A DNA stretch of 64,000 nucleotides, taken from positions 6,431 through 70,430 of the forward strand of contig SYHW01000038.1 of NCBI GenBank assembly GCA_005799065.1, read 5' to 3'. Source of the stretch: Bacteroidota bacterium (GTDB taxonomy: Bacteria; Bacteroidota; Bacteroidia; UBA7662). The notes beneath the pieces were generated by a model. It did not search any database. It was not told the origin of the DNA and saw nothing but the letters and a program-made list of their open reading frames with translations. Both the position numbers and the translations under genes were made by a program. Shown piece after piece: positions 18,514 to 29,176 of this stretch; the stretch's first letter is position 1, and each line of letters opens with the position of its first letter.

Positions 18514-19692
18514 TCATGGCGAATCCAATGCCCAGGTATCAGGCGAGCTTCCCGCAAAACGACGCCATTTTTCCAGTACACTGCTGAAATCGGCAGGTAA
18601 ATCGGATTCGAAAGCCAATTTTTGCCCCGTTTCGGGATGAATGAAACCGAGTGAACGGGCGTGCAGCGCCATACGAGGCATGATCGAGAAGGCATTTTCT
18701 ACAAACTGCCTGTACTTACTGAACGACGGACCCACCACCACCCGGTCGCCTCCATAAACGGAATCGTTAAAAATGGGGTGGCCCAAAAACGAGGTGTGCA
18801 CCCTAATCTGGTGGGTTCGACCTGTTTCCAAACGAAACTGCAAAAGGCTCACATAACCCAATCGCTCAATAACCTCATAATGCGTGACGGCATGCTTGCC
18901 GCGCTGTTCATCCAAAAACGCAGCCATTTTCAGTCGATTACGCGGATCGCGGTCGATTTGCGTGCGTACGGTACCAGCGTCTTGTGCAGGTGAGCCCCAG
19001 ACCAAGGCCTGATAGGTTCGGTCTATGCTGTGGTCGAAGAACTGCCGCGCCAAATGGGTCATGGCATATTCGGTCTTGGCAATCACCAGGAGTCCGCTCG
19101 TATCCTTATCGATCCGATGTACCAATCCGGGCCTCACTTCCCCGTTGCGGTGCGTGGGTAATCCATTAAAATGGTGAAGCAGTCCGTTCACCAGCGTGCC
19201 ACTGTGGTGACCATGACCAGGGTGCACCACGAGGCCCGGGGGTTTATTCACCAAAAGTAAGTCTGGGTCCTCATAGGGGATTTTGAGATCCATAGCCTCT
19301 GGTTGTAGGGTCGTGTCGCGTGGCGGATAGGCCAACACGATTTGAATGACATCCAGCGGTTTAATCAGATAACTCGATTTTATGGCCTTTCCGTTGACCC
19401 GTACGGACTCGGCTTTGATGGCATTTTGGATCCGATTGCGCGAATTACCGGGCAGACGATCAAACAAAAACTTATCTATTCGAAGCAGCGATTGCCCACG
19501 ATCCACGATTACCTTATGGTGTTCGAACAAATCATCTTGCACCGCATCGTCTCCAATGTGTTGCACCTTATCGTCCACCGCCTGCACTACAACCTCCTCC
19601 AACCGCTCCGCCCTCGTCGGTTCCGCTGGCCGATTGGGTGAAGTGACCTCAACAAATTTGTTGTCAACCCGATCCGGGGGATTCTTGGCCAT
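18514..19692 (-). CDS. rluD: RluA-family 23S rRNA pseudouridine synthase (RluD-like) with S4 domain
   Basis: S4 domain RIDKFLFDRLP...SRNRIQNAI, and catalytic HRIDKDTSGLLVIAKT. There is a ~60-aa N-terminal extension. Confidence 0.88.
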   Translation of the reverse strand: MAKNPPDRVDNKFVEVTSPNRPAEPTRAERLEEVVVQAVDDKVQHIGDDAVQDDLFEHHKVIVDRGQSLLRIDKFLFDRLPGNSRNRIQNAIKAESVRVNGKAIKSSYLIKPLDVIQIVLAYPPRDTTLQPEAMDLKIPYEDPDLLLVNKPPGLVVHPGHGHHSGTLVNGLLHHFNGLPTHRNGEVRPGLVHRIDKDTSGLLVIAKTEYAMTHLARQFFDHSIDRTYQALVWGSPAQDAGTVRTQIDRDPRNRLKMAAFLDEQRGKHAVTHYEVIERLGYVSLLQFRLETGRTHQIRVHTSFLGHPIFNDSVYGGDRVVVGPSFSKYRQFVENAFSIMPRMALHARSLGFIHPETGQKLAFESDLPADFSSVLEKWRRFAGSSPDTWALDSP

Positions 19693-19702
19693 AGATTCAG
19701 CT

Positions 19703-21133
19703 TCAATAAGAAGGGTTGTTTGCCATTAACGATGCATCCTTGTCAGATACCGAGCACAGCCGAAAAGCTTGTCGGGGGTATTCCTCGGGTGATCCCACAA
19801 AACTAAAGCTTCTATACCCCAATACCGACAATATTTCATTGCCCTGCACCAAAACAAGGATGCTGCGTCTTCGCACTGGCGGTACAGCACACTCGTTCAG
19901 CAGATCCGATACCTTTTTCCGCCCCCCAGATCCGGCCATGCGGATGCGGTCGCCCGCCTGCCAACATCGGACGATGCATGGCAGGTGCATGCTGGCTTCA
20001 ATCCATGATTCTCCACCCTCCACGATGCTGTTTGAGCGTTCCAACGCATTCGTCCAAACCCGATACAGCAGTTGCTGATTGGAGGAAAGTGCATAAACTC
20101 CTGGATTGTTGAGTTCAATCGGAAACCTGGATTGCAACGTATCCTGAACATTCGAATCACAGGCCGACACGTCCAATCGCTCCCAAATGAGTGCATGACT
20201 GGTTCGGCTGATCATCCAGTCACCCGCCGTGAGTTGACGGTTTGGGGCGCCTTCCAGCAAATCACCCAATCGAAGAAGGGAATTTCGGTTGGGTATCAAT
20301 TTCCGGGCCATTTCCAGATAAATATCTGTCGGGATTGAATCGATGATGTTCCACCGCATCAAACCGTGTGCATCTTCTACAATAATCCGATGAGATTCCA
20401 CCAGCGCCGATTGTTCGAGTTTGTTGCTGTAGGATCGCCAAACCGATGAACGCTCCAGCAAATGTAGTTGCCAATTCGGAAAGCGCGCATTCAATAGAGG
20501 AGTCAATACATGACGAACATAGTTTCGGTCGTAGCGGAGGGATCGATTGCTGCTGTCGACCATATATTCAATTTCGTTGTCAGTCACCCACTCTTCGATT
20601 TCTTCACTGCTGGTGGTGAGCAGCGGACGGTATACCCGACCAACTGTGAAATCCATGCCGGCGCGTGCCCGCAATCCCCGTCCCTTCAAAAGCGCCATCA
20701 GGACAGTCTCTGCCTGATCGCCCGCATGGTGCGCGGTTAAAATACCGATAAAAGAATGTTCGAGGCAGAGCTTATGCAGCCAGTTGTAGCGCAACTTGCG
20801 GCAGATGGCTTGTCGATTGCCTATCATAGGTGCGGCATCTACGCATTCCACATATACAGGTACCCCCAAATGAAGGGCTAGGTCTCGAACAAACCGCTCA
20901 TCACGTACAGATTCCTCCCCACGCAGGCCATAGTTCATGTGTGCCAATGCACATGGGATTTTTGCTTGCCGCAATAGGTGTGCGAGCATTGTTGAATCGC
21001 GACCACCGCTGGCGGCCAAAAGCCAAGCTGAATCATCCGACCCGTTCATGGTCGCCTTCAGTTGCTCGACTACCCGGTCAACCAAAGGGAGGCGCAACAT
21101 GGGGCTGAAAAAATTCAAGTTGAAGTCGGCCAT
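19703..21133 (-). CDS. tilS: tRNA(Ile)-lysidine synthetase
   Basis: LLAASGGRDSTMLAHLL PP-loop. The start is uncertain, with candidates at ATG 21100, 21133 and 21164 or TTG 21175. Confidence 0.88.
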   Translation of the reverse strand: MADFNLNFFSPMLRLPLVDRVVEQLKATMNGSDDSAWLLAASGGRDSTMLAHLLRQAKIPCALAHMNYGLRGEESVRDERFVRDLALHLGVPVYVECVDAAPMIGNRQAICRKLRYNWLHKLCLEHSFIGILTAHHAGDQAETVLMALLKGRGLRARAGMDFTVGRVYRPLLTTSSEEIEEWVTDNEIEYMVDSSNRSLRYDRNYVRHVLTPLLNARFPNWQLHLLERSSVWRSYSNKLEQSALVESHRIIVEDAHGLMRWNIIDSIPTDIYLEMARKLIPNRNSLLRLGDLLEGAPNRQLTAGDWMISRTSHALIWERLDVSACDSNVQDTLQSRFPIELNNPGVYALSSNQQLLYRVWTNALERSNSIVEGGESWIEASMHLPCIVRCWQAGDRIRMAGSGGRKKVSDLLNECAVPPVRRRSILVLVQGNEILSVLGYRSFSFVGSPEEYPRQAFRLCSVSDKDASLMANNPSY

Positions 21134-21590
21134 AGTCGATGCGTGCACGATAATGATACAAGACATCCCCACCAAGAATTCCCGAAACAGGTTTTAATGA
21201 AAGGCTTTTGTAGGCCGAGTGAATTCCAGAAAAGTCCATGCCGGCAATATCCCACAAGGGAAGAGCAAGATTACCAAGTTTTATCCCTTTCATTCGCACG
21301 AGGGGCGCGTTTTGACGACCCCCATTTGCCCCTGCTGTTTGTATCTGAAGTGCTGAATCATGGGGATGAACATCATCGGGTCGTATTTTTCTCAAGTCAA
21401 CAACCGTGTTTGAGGCGCCGGAATCGATCAAAAACCGAAGAATTTGTCGCCCACGACGGGCATCAACCACCAAATGCATACCATGCGGTTCCATACGATA
21501 GGGAATGATTGGCACGATGGCCAAAGGACATTCGTGGGCAACAGCTTCCATCGGAACGAACCCCTCAGGTTTGTTCGGGAACCTTGGCAT
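21078..21590 (-). CDS. Stand-alone retropepsin-like (clan AA) aspartic protease
   Basis: FLIDSGASNTVVD (the D-S/T-G-A active-site loop) and a later GILGGDVL flap or dimerisation motif. Length is 170 aa. The 3' end overlaps the tilS 5' region. Confidence 0.7.
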   Translation of the reverse strand: MPRFPNKPEGFVPMEAVAHECPLAIVPIIPYRMEPHGMHLVVDARRGRQILRFLIDSGASNTVVDLRKIRPDDVHPHDSALQIQTAGANGGRQNAPLVRMKGIKLGNLALPLWDIAGMDFSGIHSAYKSLSLKPVSGILGGDVLYHYRARIDYGRLQLEFFQPHVAPPFG

Positions 21591-21624
21591 CGGCTTACAG
21601 ATTGGACTGGGGTAGTTTCCCCAA

Positions 21625-22554
21625 TCAATTCATGCCATCGAGAACCTCCATCACTTCACGAACGGCAGCCGCTGAAGCGTGTACACCCTTCAATTCCTCG
21701 GCATTTAAATCCAGTGTGATGATTTTCTCAATGCCGTTGCGGCCCAGTTTAACAGGAACGCCCATGTAGACATCCTTCAAACCATATTCACCATCCAGCC
21801 AGGCACATACAGGGAAGATCCGCTTCTGATCACGAACAATGGCCTCAACCATTTGTGCAGCAGCGGCGCCCGGCGCATACCAAGCTGATGTACCCAAAAG
21901 TTGTACGATTTCGCCCCCCCCTTTTTTTGTACGCTCGATGATGGCATCGAGTTGGTCTGCATCGATCAGTTCGGTCACTGGAATACCACCTACGGTCGTG
22001 TAGCGTGGAAGCGGCACCATGGTATCGCCATGACCACCCATCAAAACAGCCTGAATGTCTTTGGGTGAACAGTCGAGTGCCTCGGCCAAAAATGCACGGT
22101 AGCGTGCAGTATCCAATACACCTGCCATACCAAAAACCCGGTGGGCGGGCAAACCAGCTGCCTTGTAGGCACAGTAGGTCATTACATCGAGCGGATTAGA
22201 TACCACGATGATGATGGCATTGGGCGAATATTCCAAAATTTGAGTAGTCACCGAACGTACGATTCCCGCGTTGGTAGAAATCAAATCGTCTCGACTCATG
22301 CCCGGCTTGCGGGGCAAACCACTGGTAATGACCACCACGGAACTTCCGGCTGTTTTCGAATAATCGTTGGTTGAACCTTTGATGCGGCTATCGAAGAGCT
22401 CTATGGGAGCGGTCTGCCATAAGTCTAAGGCCTTACCCTCCGCGAAATTTTCGCGAATATCCAACAAAACTACTTCATTGGCGAGTTCGCGTCGGGCAAT
22501 GACATCGGCACAAGTGGCACCAACATTTCCGGCGCCTACAACGGTTATTTTCAT
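21625..22554 (-). CDS. mdh: Malate dehydrogenase (LDH-like type)
   Basis: [16 protein letters not shown] and [10 protein letters not shown]. The ATG at 22552-22554 gives a canonical N-terminus. The ORF-track start at 22620 adds 22 non-conserved residues. Confidence 0.95.
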   Translation of the reverse strand: MKITVVGAGNVGATCADVIARRELANEVVLLDIRENFAEGKALDLWQTAPIELFDSRIKGSTNDYSKTAGSSVVVITSGLPRKPGMSRDDLISTNAGIVRSVTTQILEYSPNAIIIVVSNPLDVMTYCAYKAAGLPAHRVFGMAGVLDTARYRAFLAEALDCSPKDIQAVLMGGHGDTMVPLPRYTTVGGIPVTELIDADQLDAIIERTKKGGGEIVQLLGTSAWYAPGAAAAQMVEAIVRDQKRIFPVCAWLDGEYGLKDVYMGVPVKLGRNGIEKIITLDLNAEELKGVHASAAAVREVMEVLDGMN

Positions 22555-22578
22555 AAGATCAGTTTTTTTTTGGTGGCG

Positions 22579-22586
22579 CAAAGTTA
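22579..22586 (-). promoter_or_regulatory. Candidate -7 box (TAACTTTG on the minus strand) for mdh
   Basis: Matches TAnnTTTG 25 nt upstream of the mdh ATG and is followed by an A9 leader. Confidence 0.3.
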
Positions 22587-22664
22587 CCAAAAAAGGCTGA
22601 ATTTGTTTATTTTTGCTCACAAATCAGATCTCTCACCCACCGTAAACAGCATCTATCCCCCACT

Positions 22665-24227
22665 ATGAAACCCATAAAATTACTGATCAGAATTGGCTTT
22701 CTTTTTTCCTTAGCATTCCTGACATCCCAGCCCGCTGTAGCCCAAGATTGGACGTACCCATGCGGCACGGGAGATGCACCCCGGGCCAACCTCGATTACA
22801 TATCTCAGCTGCGCGCCAATGGCGTTTTCGATCATTTGAATTTTGAGCAGGTAGGCAACACCATTTTTTTACCGGTCAAATTTCATGTAATAGGCAGCAA
22901 TACAGGCACAGGTTATTTCACCCAAGAAGGTATTTTCAGGAACCTTTGCGAATTGAATCAGAAGTACAACAGCTTGGGCATTCAGTTTTTTATGCGGGGT
23001 GATATCAATTACATTCCCAACTCCTCCATGACGAACCTGCCAACATTCGCCGCTGCTGGGGTTTTGAATACGCAATACAACGTGGCTCGGGTCATTAACA
23101 TTTATTACACCGGGTTAAGTACCCTGCAATTGTGTGGATTTGCTAATTTTCCTGGAACAGGCGAGCCACAAAGCCCCTCCAATCGTCAGGGAGCAATCTA
23201 TCTTTCGCCAAGTTGCTCTGGAGCGGGCAATTCAACTTGGGCGCACGAAATGGGGCACTTTTTGAATTTACCCCATCCTTTTCAAAACACTTCTGAGGCG
23301 CCCCAACAACACGAACGTGTTACCCGAATCACGGAAACACCGCCCAGACTTTCTGCCAATTGTGCAGATGCGGGTGATCGTTTCTGTGACACAGAGGCTG
23401 ATTTTCGGGGCGATCGCTGGAATTGCCCGGGTTTCAACAGCACAGTGCGCGACATCAACCAAGATCTCTTCCTGCCCAATGGCACCCTCTACATGAGCTA
23501 CTCCGACGACAATTGTCAGACAACCTTCTCACCCGAGCAAATTGCTGCCATGCGGGCTACCCTCACGTTTACGCCTGGTCCGGGAGGTTCTACCGTTCCC
23601 GGTCCGCGGATGTACTTGCTATCACCCCCTATGCCTGCCTATGATACCATTACGGGAACTGCAAACGTCATAGAACCTGCCAATAATTCAACCGGACATC
23701 CCGCTAACTGGGTGGCATTTCGCTGGAACAGGGTGCCGGGTGCGACCATGTATGCACTCAGAATTCGGCGCAATTTCACTTTGATGGAAGAAATACTGTT
23801 GAACTCAGCAGACACGGTCTATACCTACACCGGCACCAAACTGAGTGCCAACGTCCCATACCGCATTTCAATTATGCCCCTCAACCACAAGGTCACCTGT
23901 CGCCCTTACAGCACTGAAATTACGTTCACGACAACCACTCCATTTGGCGTGGGCATTTCTGAAGAATCCGCTCAATCCTGGAACGTTTATCCTTCACTAC
24001 TTCAATCCGATGCTGACTTACATATGCAATTTGAACAGCCTAGAATCGACCCAGTAGAAATAAGACTAACCGATGGAATGGGCCGTGTTGTTCGGGCCGA
24101 GACCATGTATATGGACGACAATGCGCTGATTCGCTTGAATAGCACAGGTCTTTCCAACGGCTTATACCTACTCTCCGCTCAAAGTGGTGCTCATTCTTAT
24201 GCCCGCCGCATTGTAGTAAACCGTTAG
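22665..24227 (+). CDS. M43-like zinc metalloprotease with Fn3-like domain and T9SS C-terminal domain (paralog 1)
   Basis: Signal peptide, PCGT motif, WAHEMGHFLNLPHPF and GDRFCDTEAD. The C-terminus VYPSLL...GLYLL...IVVNR matches a T9SS CTD. Confidence 0.82.
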   Translation: MKPIKLLIRIGFLFSLAFLTSQPAVAQDWTYPCGTGDAPRANLDYISQLRANGVFDHLNFEQVGNTIFLPVKFHVIGSNTGTGYFTQEGIFRNLCELNQKYNSLGIQFFMRGDINYIPNSSMTNLPTFAAAGVLNTQYNVARVINIYYTGLSTLQLCGFANFPGTGEPQSPSNRQGAIYLSPSCSGAGNSTWAHEMGHFLNLPHPFQNTSEAPQQHERVTRITETPPRLSANCADAGDRFCDTEADFRGDRWNCPGFNSTVRDINQDLFLPNGTLYMSYSDDNCQTTFSPEQIAAMRATLTFTPGPGGSTVPGPRMYLLSPPMPAYDTITGTANVIEPANNSTGHPANWVAFRWNRVPGATMYALRIRRNFTLMEEILLNSADTVYTYTGTKLSANVPYRISIMPLNHKVTCRPYSTEITFTTTTPFGVGISEESAQSWNVYPSLLQSDADLHMQFEQPRIDPVEIRLTDGMGRVVRAETMYMDDNALIRLNSTGLSNGLYLLSAQSGAHSYARRIVVNR

Positions 24228-24240
24228 ACTTACGCCTTTC

Positions 24241-25740
24241 ATGAACAAGTTTTTTAGTACTTTTTGGGCGATTCTGCTTTTTTCCAGCAGTCTATTGGCG
24301 CAGCCCACCCAGCAAGCCCCATGTGGCACACCCGCCGCGCCGGAGTCTGTTCGCCAATTCATTCAAAGCCTGGATTATTCGGTGCTTCCGGAAGATCCGA
24401 CCCGCATCAATATTCCGGTAACGATCCACATCGTGAAGGCGACCAATGGTTCAGGCGGATTTTTAGAAAACAATGCTTTTCTGACAATTTGTGATCTGAA
24501 TCAAAGAATGGCCTCCGCGGGCCTTTTCTTTTATGTGCCGGGTGCGGTTCGGTTTATTTTAAGTGATGCTCTTTATAATCCGGTCGATTATGGTCCGCTC
24601 AACACCATGATTTCGCAAAACAACGTTGCGCGCACGATGAACATCTATTACACCAATCTTGGTGCCATGAGTTTATGCGGCTTTGCCTTTTATCCGAATT
24701 CTGGTCCCGGAGGGGCACAAAACAACGGTGCAGTGGTCATGAGTTTTGCTTGTTCACAACCCAACGGAACTACACTGACCCACGAGGTTGGGCATTTTTT
24801 CAACCTGCCCCATACTTTCGACCAAACCAGCAACAATCCAACAGCCAACAGTGCAGAACGCGTTACCCGGAACTTCAACGAACCCTTGCCTCGGTTGTCG
24901 GCCAATTGCAATACAGAAGGTGATAACTTCTGTGATACTCCGGCTGACTTCATCGACAATCGTTGGAATTGCCCTACCGGGATCATTCAGCTCGACATCA
25001 ACGGTGACCGTTTCCGCCCGGATTCCAGCTATTACATGAGTTATTCGAGTGATCAATGTATGAGTCGCTTCTCAGACCAACAAATAACAGCCATGAGAGC
25101 AACACTCACCACCACCAATTCTCCTCGTGGCTACCTCACCATCAACCCCATGCCGGCTTACCCGGATATCACAACCGGCGCTGCACTCATTTCACCAGCA
25201 ACAGCGGATACTTTTCCAGGTAATTATGTAGTTTTTCGGTGGAATCGTACACCCGGGGCAACATCCTACCAAATCAAAATTCTTCTGTTCAACTTTTCGG
25301 TACTCGACACCATTACTACGGACACTTTCTACATCAGTCAGGCCCGCCTCATCAGAGCCAACCGTGAGCATTCATGGCAAGTTAGGGCCTTGAATGGAGC
25401 CAATCTGTGTACACCGTATTCAGATCGCATTTTCTTTTACGCTGGAGCTTACGTGACCAATGTCGGTATTCGGTCAGAATCGGAAATCAATGCATGGATG
25501 GTTTATCCAACCCTCTTCGAATCAGGAGTTTCCCATCCGTTGAACATTGTTGGGTTAACTGAAAATGTACAAGCAAAGGCAGTAATAAGCGATGCATCGG
25601 GTCGAACGATTCAAGAATGGACCTTAGAAAGGAATCTCGATCGACATAAACTAAGCTTGCCACCGCTTGCGTCAGGATTGTATTATATTCATATTCAACA
25701 AAATCAACAACACAAGGCCTTCAAAATTGTAGTTCAATAA
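24241..25740 (+). CDS. M43-like zinc metalloprotease with T9SS C-terminal domain (paralog 2)
   Basis: PCGTP motif, LTHEVGHFFNLPHTF, GDNFCDTPADF, and a C-terminus VYPTLF...GLYYIHI...KIVVQ. Confidence 0.82.
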   Translation: MNKFFSTFWAILLFSSSLLAQPTQQAPCGTPAAPESVRQFIQSLDYSVLPEDPTRINIPVTIHIVKATNGSGGFLENNAFLTICDLNQRMASAGLFFYVPGAVRFILSDALYNPVDYGPLNTMISQNNVARTMNIYYTNLGAMSLCGFAFYPNSGPGGAQNNGAVVMSFACSQPNGTTLTHEVGHFFNLPHTFDQTSNNPTANSAERVTRNFNEPLPRLSANCNTEGDNFCDTPADFIDNRWNCPTGIIQLDINGDRFRPDSSYYMSYSSDQCMSRFSDQQITAMRATLTTTNSPRGYLTINPMPAYPDITTGAALISPATADTFPGNYVVFRWNRTPGATSYQIKILLFNFSVLDTITTDTFYISQARLIRANREHSWQVRALNGANLCTPYSDRIFFYAGAYVTNVGIRSESEINAWMVYPTLFESGVSHPLNIVGLTENVQAKAVISDASGRTIQEWTLERNLDRHKLSLPPLASGLYYIHIQQNQQHKAFKIVVQ

Positions 25741-25750
25741 ACTTCTCCTC

Positions 25751-27292
25751 ATGGACCTCTACCTGCCGTTCCGTTTTTACTTCGTTAGCTTATTGATATT
25801 CATTTATACAATCTCTGCTCCTGTTTACGCCCAATGGAGTGAACAAGGACTTTGCGGCACGCCAGAACCTTCACTCAATCACTTTGCGCATCTTGAGGCT
25901 TTAAACAATCGATTCGATTTGGGACTCGAAAGGGTCTCGAATAACCGTATTATGGTTCCTGTCAAAATCCATGTGGTTCAAGATATTGGTGGAAATTCTT
26001 ATGATTTCAATACTTGGCTCACTGTTTTATGCCAACTCAATGAAAAATATGCGTCAGCCGGCTTGTTTTTTTACATGAAAGGTGAGCCGAATATCATCGC
26101 TAATTCTTCTTTGTATCGACATACTTCCTATGCCCAAGGATCTCAATTGATGGACACCTACAACCAAAGTCGGGTGGTAAATATTTACTTTGTTGATCTC
26201 GGTTCCATTGGACTTTGTGGTTATGCAACCTTTCCAGGAAGCGGCTCTGGCCCATCTGGGAGTGCACAAGGCGGTTTGATGATGAGCGTACCCTGTTCTC
26301 AGTCGGGAAACACCACTTTGGCCCACGAAATGGGTCATTATTTTGCCCTACCTCATCCCTTTGATGGCACCAGCGGGGATCCAACGGGTCCGTTTTCTGA
26401 GCGGGTTACGCGCCTCACCAATGAGCCCCCTCCTCGTTTGTCGGCCAATTGTGCCACAGCGGGTGATCGTTTCTGCGACACCGAAGCCGATTATATTGGC
26501 TACCGTTGGAATTGCTTCGGCTTTACACCGTCAGATACCGATAGAAACGGCGACACATTTATTCCGGATGCCGCACTTTATATGTCCTATTCAAACGACA
26601 ACTGTCAGAATCGATTCAGTGATCAACAAATCCAAACGATGCGTTCGACTCTGGCAGGTCCTTCAGCTTCTCGCGGTTATCTCCTGCTTCAACCTCCCTA
26701 TTTTGTTGACACCTTGGTAGGCACCACTACCCCACTCTCACCCATCGCCGGGGGGCCAGCGCAACCGGCCAATTGGGTACAATTCCGATGGAGAAAAGTG
26801 GATGGCGCTACTTCATATATGATCCGTATTCGGCGCAATAACCTAAGGGTAACAGACGTCTTTGTTCATGGAGGTGATACCGCATTAACTTATACACTGC
26901 CTGTACTTCAACCCAATCTTACTTACACCTATACCATCCGACCGTATAACCCCGGTTGGACCTGTGCAGCGCAAAGTGCCTCAGGAACTTTCACGACGAC
27001 TACGGGATTCGGAACCTTGATCAACGAAACAACACAAAATCAGTCGCTTCAAATTTATCCGACTGTTTTAGAAAACAACTACCGGAAAATAATCATACAG
27101 CTTGATGCGGAAGAATTGAAGAACATAACAATTTACGATGCTTCGGGCCGACAAGTTCAGCAAATCAACCAAAACACGCCTCAGGGTGAAAGGGCAGAAT
27201 ACGAAATCGACCCATTACCCACCGGACTATACCATATTCGGGTACATGGTCTATCCGGACAAAGCTATCTGTCCAAGTTTATCGTACGTTAG
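25751..27292 (+). CDS. M43-like zinc metalloprotease with T9SS C-terminal domain (paralog 3)
   Basis: LCGTP motif, LAHEMGHYFALPHPF, GDRFCDTEADY, and a C-terminus IYPTVL...GLYHIRV...KFIVR. Confidence 0.82.
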   Translation: MDLYLPFRFYFVSLLIFIYTISAPVYAQWSEQGLCGTPEPSLNHFAHLEALNNRFDLGLERVSNNRIMVPVKIHVVQDIGGNSYDFNTWLTVLCQLNEKYASAGLFFYMKGEPNIIANSSLYRHTSYAQGSQLMDTYNQSRVVNIYFVDLGSIGLCGYATFPGSGSGPSGSAQGGLMMSVPCSQSGNTTLAHEMGHYFALPHPFDGTSGDPTGPFSERVTRLTNEPPPRLSANCATAGDRFCDTEADYIGYRWNCFGFTPSDTDRNGDTFIPDAALYMSYSNDNCQNRFSDQQIQTMRSTLAGPSASRGYLLLQPPYFVDTLVGTTTPLSPIAGGPAQPANWVQFRWRKVDGATSYMIRIRRNNLRVTDVFVHGGDTALTYTLPVLQPNLTYTYTIRPYNPGWTCAAQSASGTFTTTTGFGTLINETTQNQSLQIYPTVLENNYRKIIIQLDAEELKNITIYDASGRQVQQINQNTPQGERAEYEIDPLPTGLYHIRVHGLSGQSYLSKFIVR

Positions 27293-27400
27293 GGGCCAAT
27301 TTTTCGGTCTATATTAAATAGACAAGTTGTTCAGGCCATCCGAAAACTCAACCTACGTAAAAAATAGCCCTCAAATTGTTAACACGTTCGTTTATCCGTC

Positions 27401-27922
27401 TTAAAAAGTAATAAACTGATCGATTTGAATTTGAATTTGCTTGAGGTAATCTGAATTCTCGAGAACTCCCGCCGACATATTCTTGCCAATTTGGATGAAC
27501 CGCGGACGAAAAGCAAGGGTATGTACACCGGCATAGTTGAGTACATCGGCAAAATGACTCATGGCAAGGGCGGAGCCTTGGGTACCATCCGATAACCCCA
27601 GCATACAGGCCTTCTTTCCGCGCAAGCTTCCGGGATACTCGAGCGCATCAATCCAAACTTTTAAAATCCCTGGAAACGAGCCATTGTATTCAGGTATGAT
27701 AAAAATAAATTTCTGGGCCGTATGTACTCTCTGTTGAATCGAGTCCCAAGCCGTATTCGGCTGCCGGGGATTTCGATAAAGCGTTGTTTCCAAAAGATTA
27801 TAAGGAACCCGATCAAGTGCCATCAAATCTGCATCTATCCGCAGTGCCTGAAGACACTGCTGATAGTGTTCCGCGACCCATCTCGAGCGTGAAGGCACCC
27901 TACTGGTGGATGCCACGATCAT
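27401..27922 (-). CDS. NAD(P)H-dependent FMN reductase-family oxidoreductase
   Basis: IFIIPEYNGSFPGILKVWIDAL is characteristic of the FMN_red family. The alternative GTG start at 27931 abuts the clpX stop. Confidence 0.78.
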   Translation of the reverse strand: MIVASTSRVPSRSRWVAEHYQQCLQALRIDADLMALDRVPYNLLETTLYRNPRQPNTAWDSIQQRVHTAQKFIFIIPEYNGSFPGILKVWIDALEYPGSLRGKKACMLGLSDGTQGSALAMSHFADVLNYAGVHTLAFRPRFIQIGKNMSAGVLENSDYLKQIQIQIDQFITF

Positions 27923-27931
27923 ATATTCCAC

Positions 27932-29176
27932 TTAACCTGCTGCCCGTAATTTACTGAATCCCGATGCCGAAAATTGATCGCGGGCGTAAGAAAGACCAAC
28001 GATAAACTCCTTAGGTTTCGGGCTGGTCGTGGGAAGCGAAAACATAGCGTCTAGCAATATCACTTCTAAGATAGACCGAAGACCACGCGCGCCCAATTTT
28101 AACTCCATAGCTTGATCCACCACAAAGTCCAGCACATCGTCGGGCACCACCAAGCGGATATCCTCGAGCGAGAATAAATGCTCATACTGCCTCATCAGTG
28201 CATTTTTAGGCTGTGTTAGTATGGTCTTTAACGTATTCTTGTCGAGCGGATTGAGGTATGTCACAACCGGTAGTCGTCCCAAAAGCTCAGGGATTAATCC
28301 ATACGATTTCAGGTCAACGGGTTGAACACACTGCAGCAAATGGCCCGCCTCTGGGTCCTTTGAACCAGCGTGGCGCAGGTAACCAATGGAGCTCACGCGC
28401 ACGCGCCGGGCAATTATCTTCTCTAAGCCGTCGAATGCCCCCCCGCAGATAAACAAGATATGCCGGGTATCGACCTGCACAAATTTCTGTTCGGGGTGTT
28501 TGCGACCACCTTGCGGCGGTACATTCACTACCGTACCTTCAAGCATTTTTAAAAGAGCCTGCTGCACACCTTCGCCGGAAACATCGCGAGTAACCGAAGG
28601 ATTATCAGCCTTTCGCGCTATTTTATCGATTTCATCGAGATACACGATTCCCCGTTGAGCAGCTTCTACATCATAATCGGCCGCCTGAAGCAAACGTGTT
28701 AGAATACTCTCCACATCCTCGCCTACATAACCCGCCTCTGTGAAAACCGTAGCATCCGCAATACAAAAAGGCACATTCAACAACCGAGCGATGGAACGCG
28801 CCAGCAGCGTTTTACCCGTTCCCGTCTCCCCAACGAGCATGACATTTGACTTCTCAATTTCAATATCCGATTGTTGACTCTGATTAATCCGCTTATAGTG
28901 ATTATAGACCGCAACCGCTAAATGTCGTTTGGCTTCGTCCTGGCCAATGACATAAGTATCCAAATGCTCCTTGATGAGGGTCGGACGAAGATTAGCAAAC
29001 TGCCGGTGACTGCTTTTACCTGTCTTTCCCACATGCCGCTCCTCCTGTGCACGAACAATTTCACCAGCCTGAACCACGCACTGATCGCAGATATGCGCCT
29101 CCATGCCTGCCACCAAAACCTTAGCCTGTTCCTTCTCTTTGCCACAAAAAGAGCAATGAATTTTGGCTTTAGGCAT
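27932..29176 (-). CDS. clpX: ATP-dependent Clp protease ATP-binding subunit ClpX
   Basis: Zn-finger CSFCGK...CDQC, Walker A GETGTGKT, and DEIDKI. Confidence 0.97.
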   Translation of the reverse strand: MPKAKIHCSFCGKEKEQAKVLVAGMEAHICDQCVVQAGEIVRAQEERHVGKTGKSSHRQFANLRPTLIKEHLDTYVIGQDEAKRHLAVAVYNHYKRINQSQQSDIEIEKSNVMLVGETGTGKTLLARSIARLLNVPFCIADATVFTEAGYVGEDVESILTRLLQAADYDVEAAQRGIVYLDEIDKIARKADNPSVTRDVSGEGVQQALLKMLEGTVVNVPPQGGRKHPEQKFVQVDTRHILFICGGAFDGLEKIIARRVRVSSIGYLRHAGSKDPEAGHLLQCVQPVDLKSYGLIPELLGRLPVVTYLNPLDKNTLKTILTQPKNALMRQYEHLFSLEDIRLVVPDDVLDFVVDQAMELKLGARGLRSILEVILLDAMFSLPTTSPKPKEFIVGLSYARDQFSASGFSKLRAAG

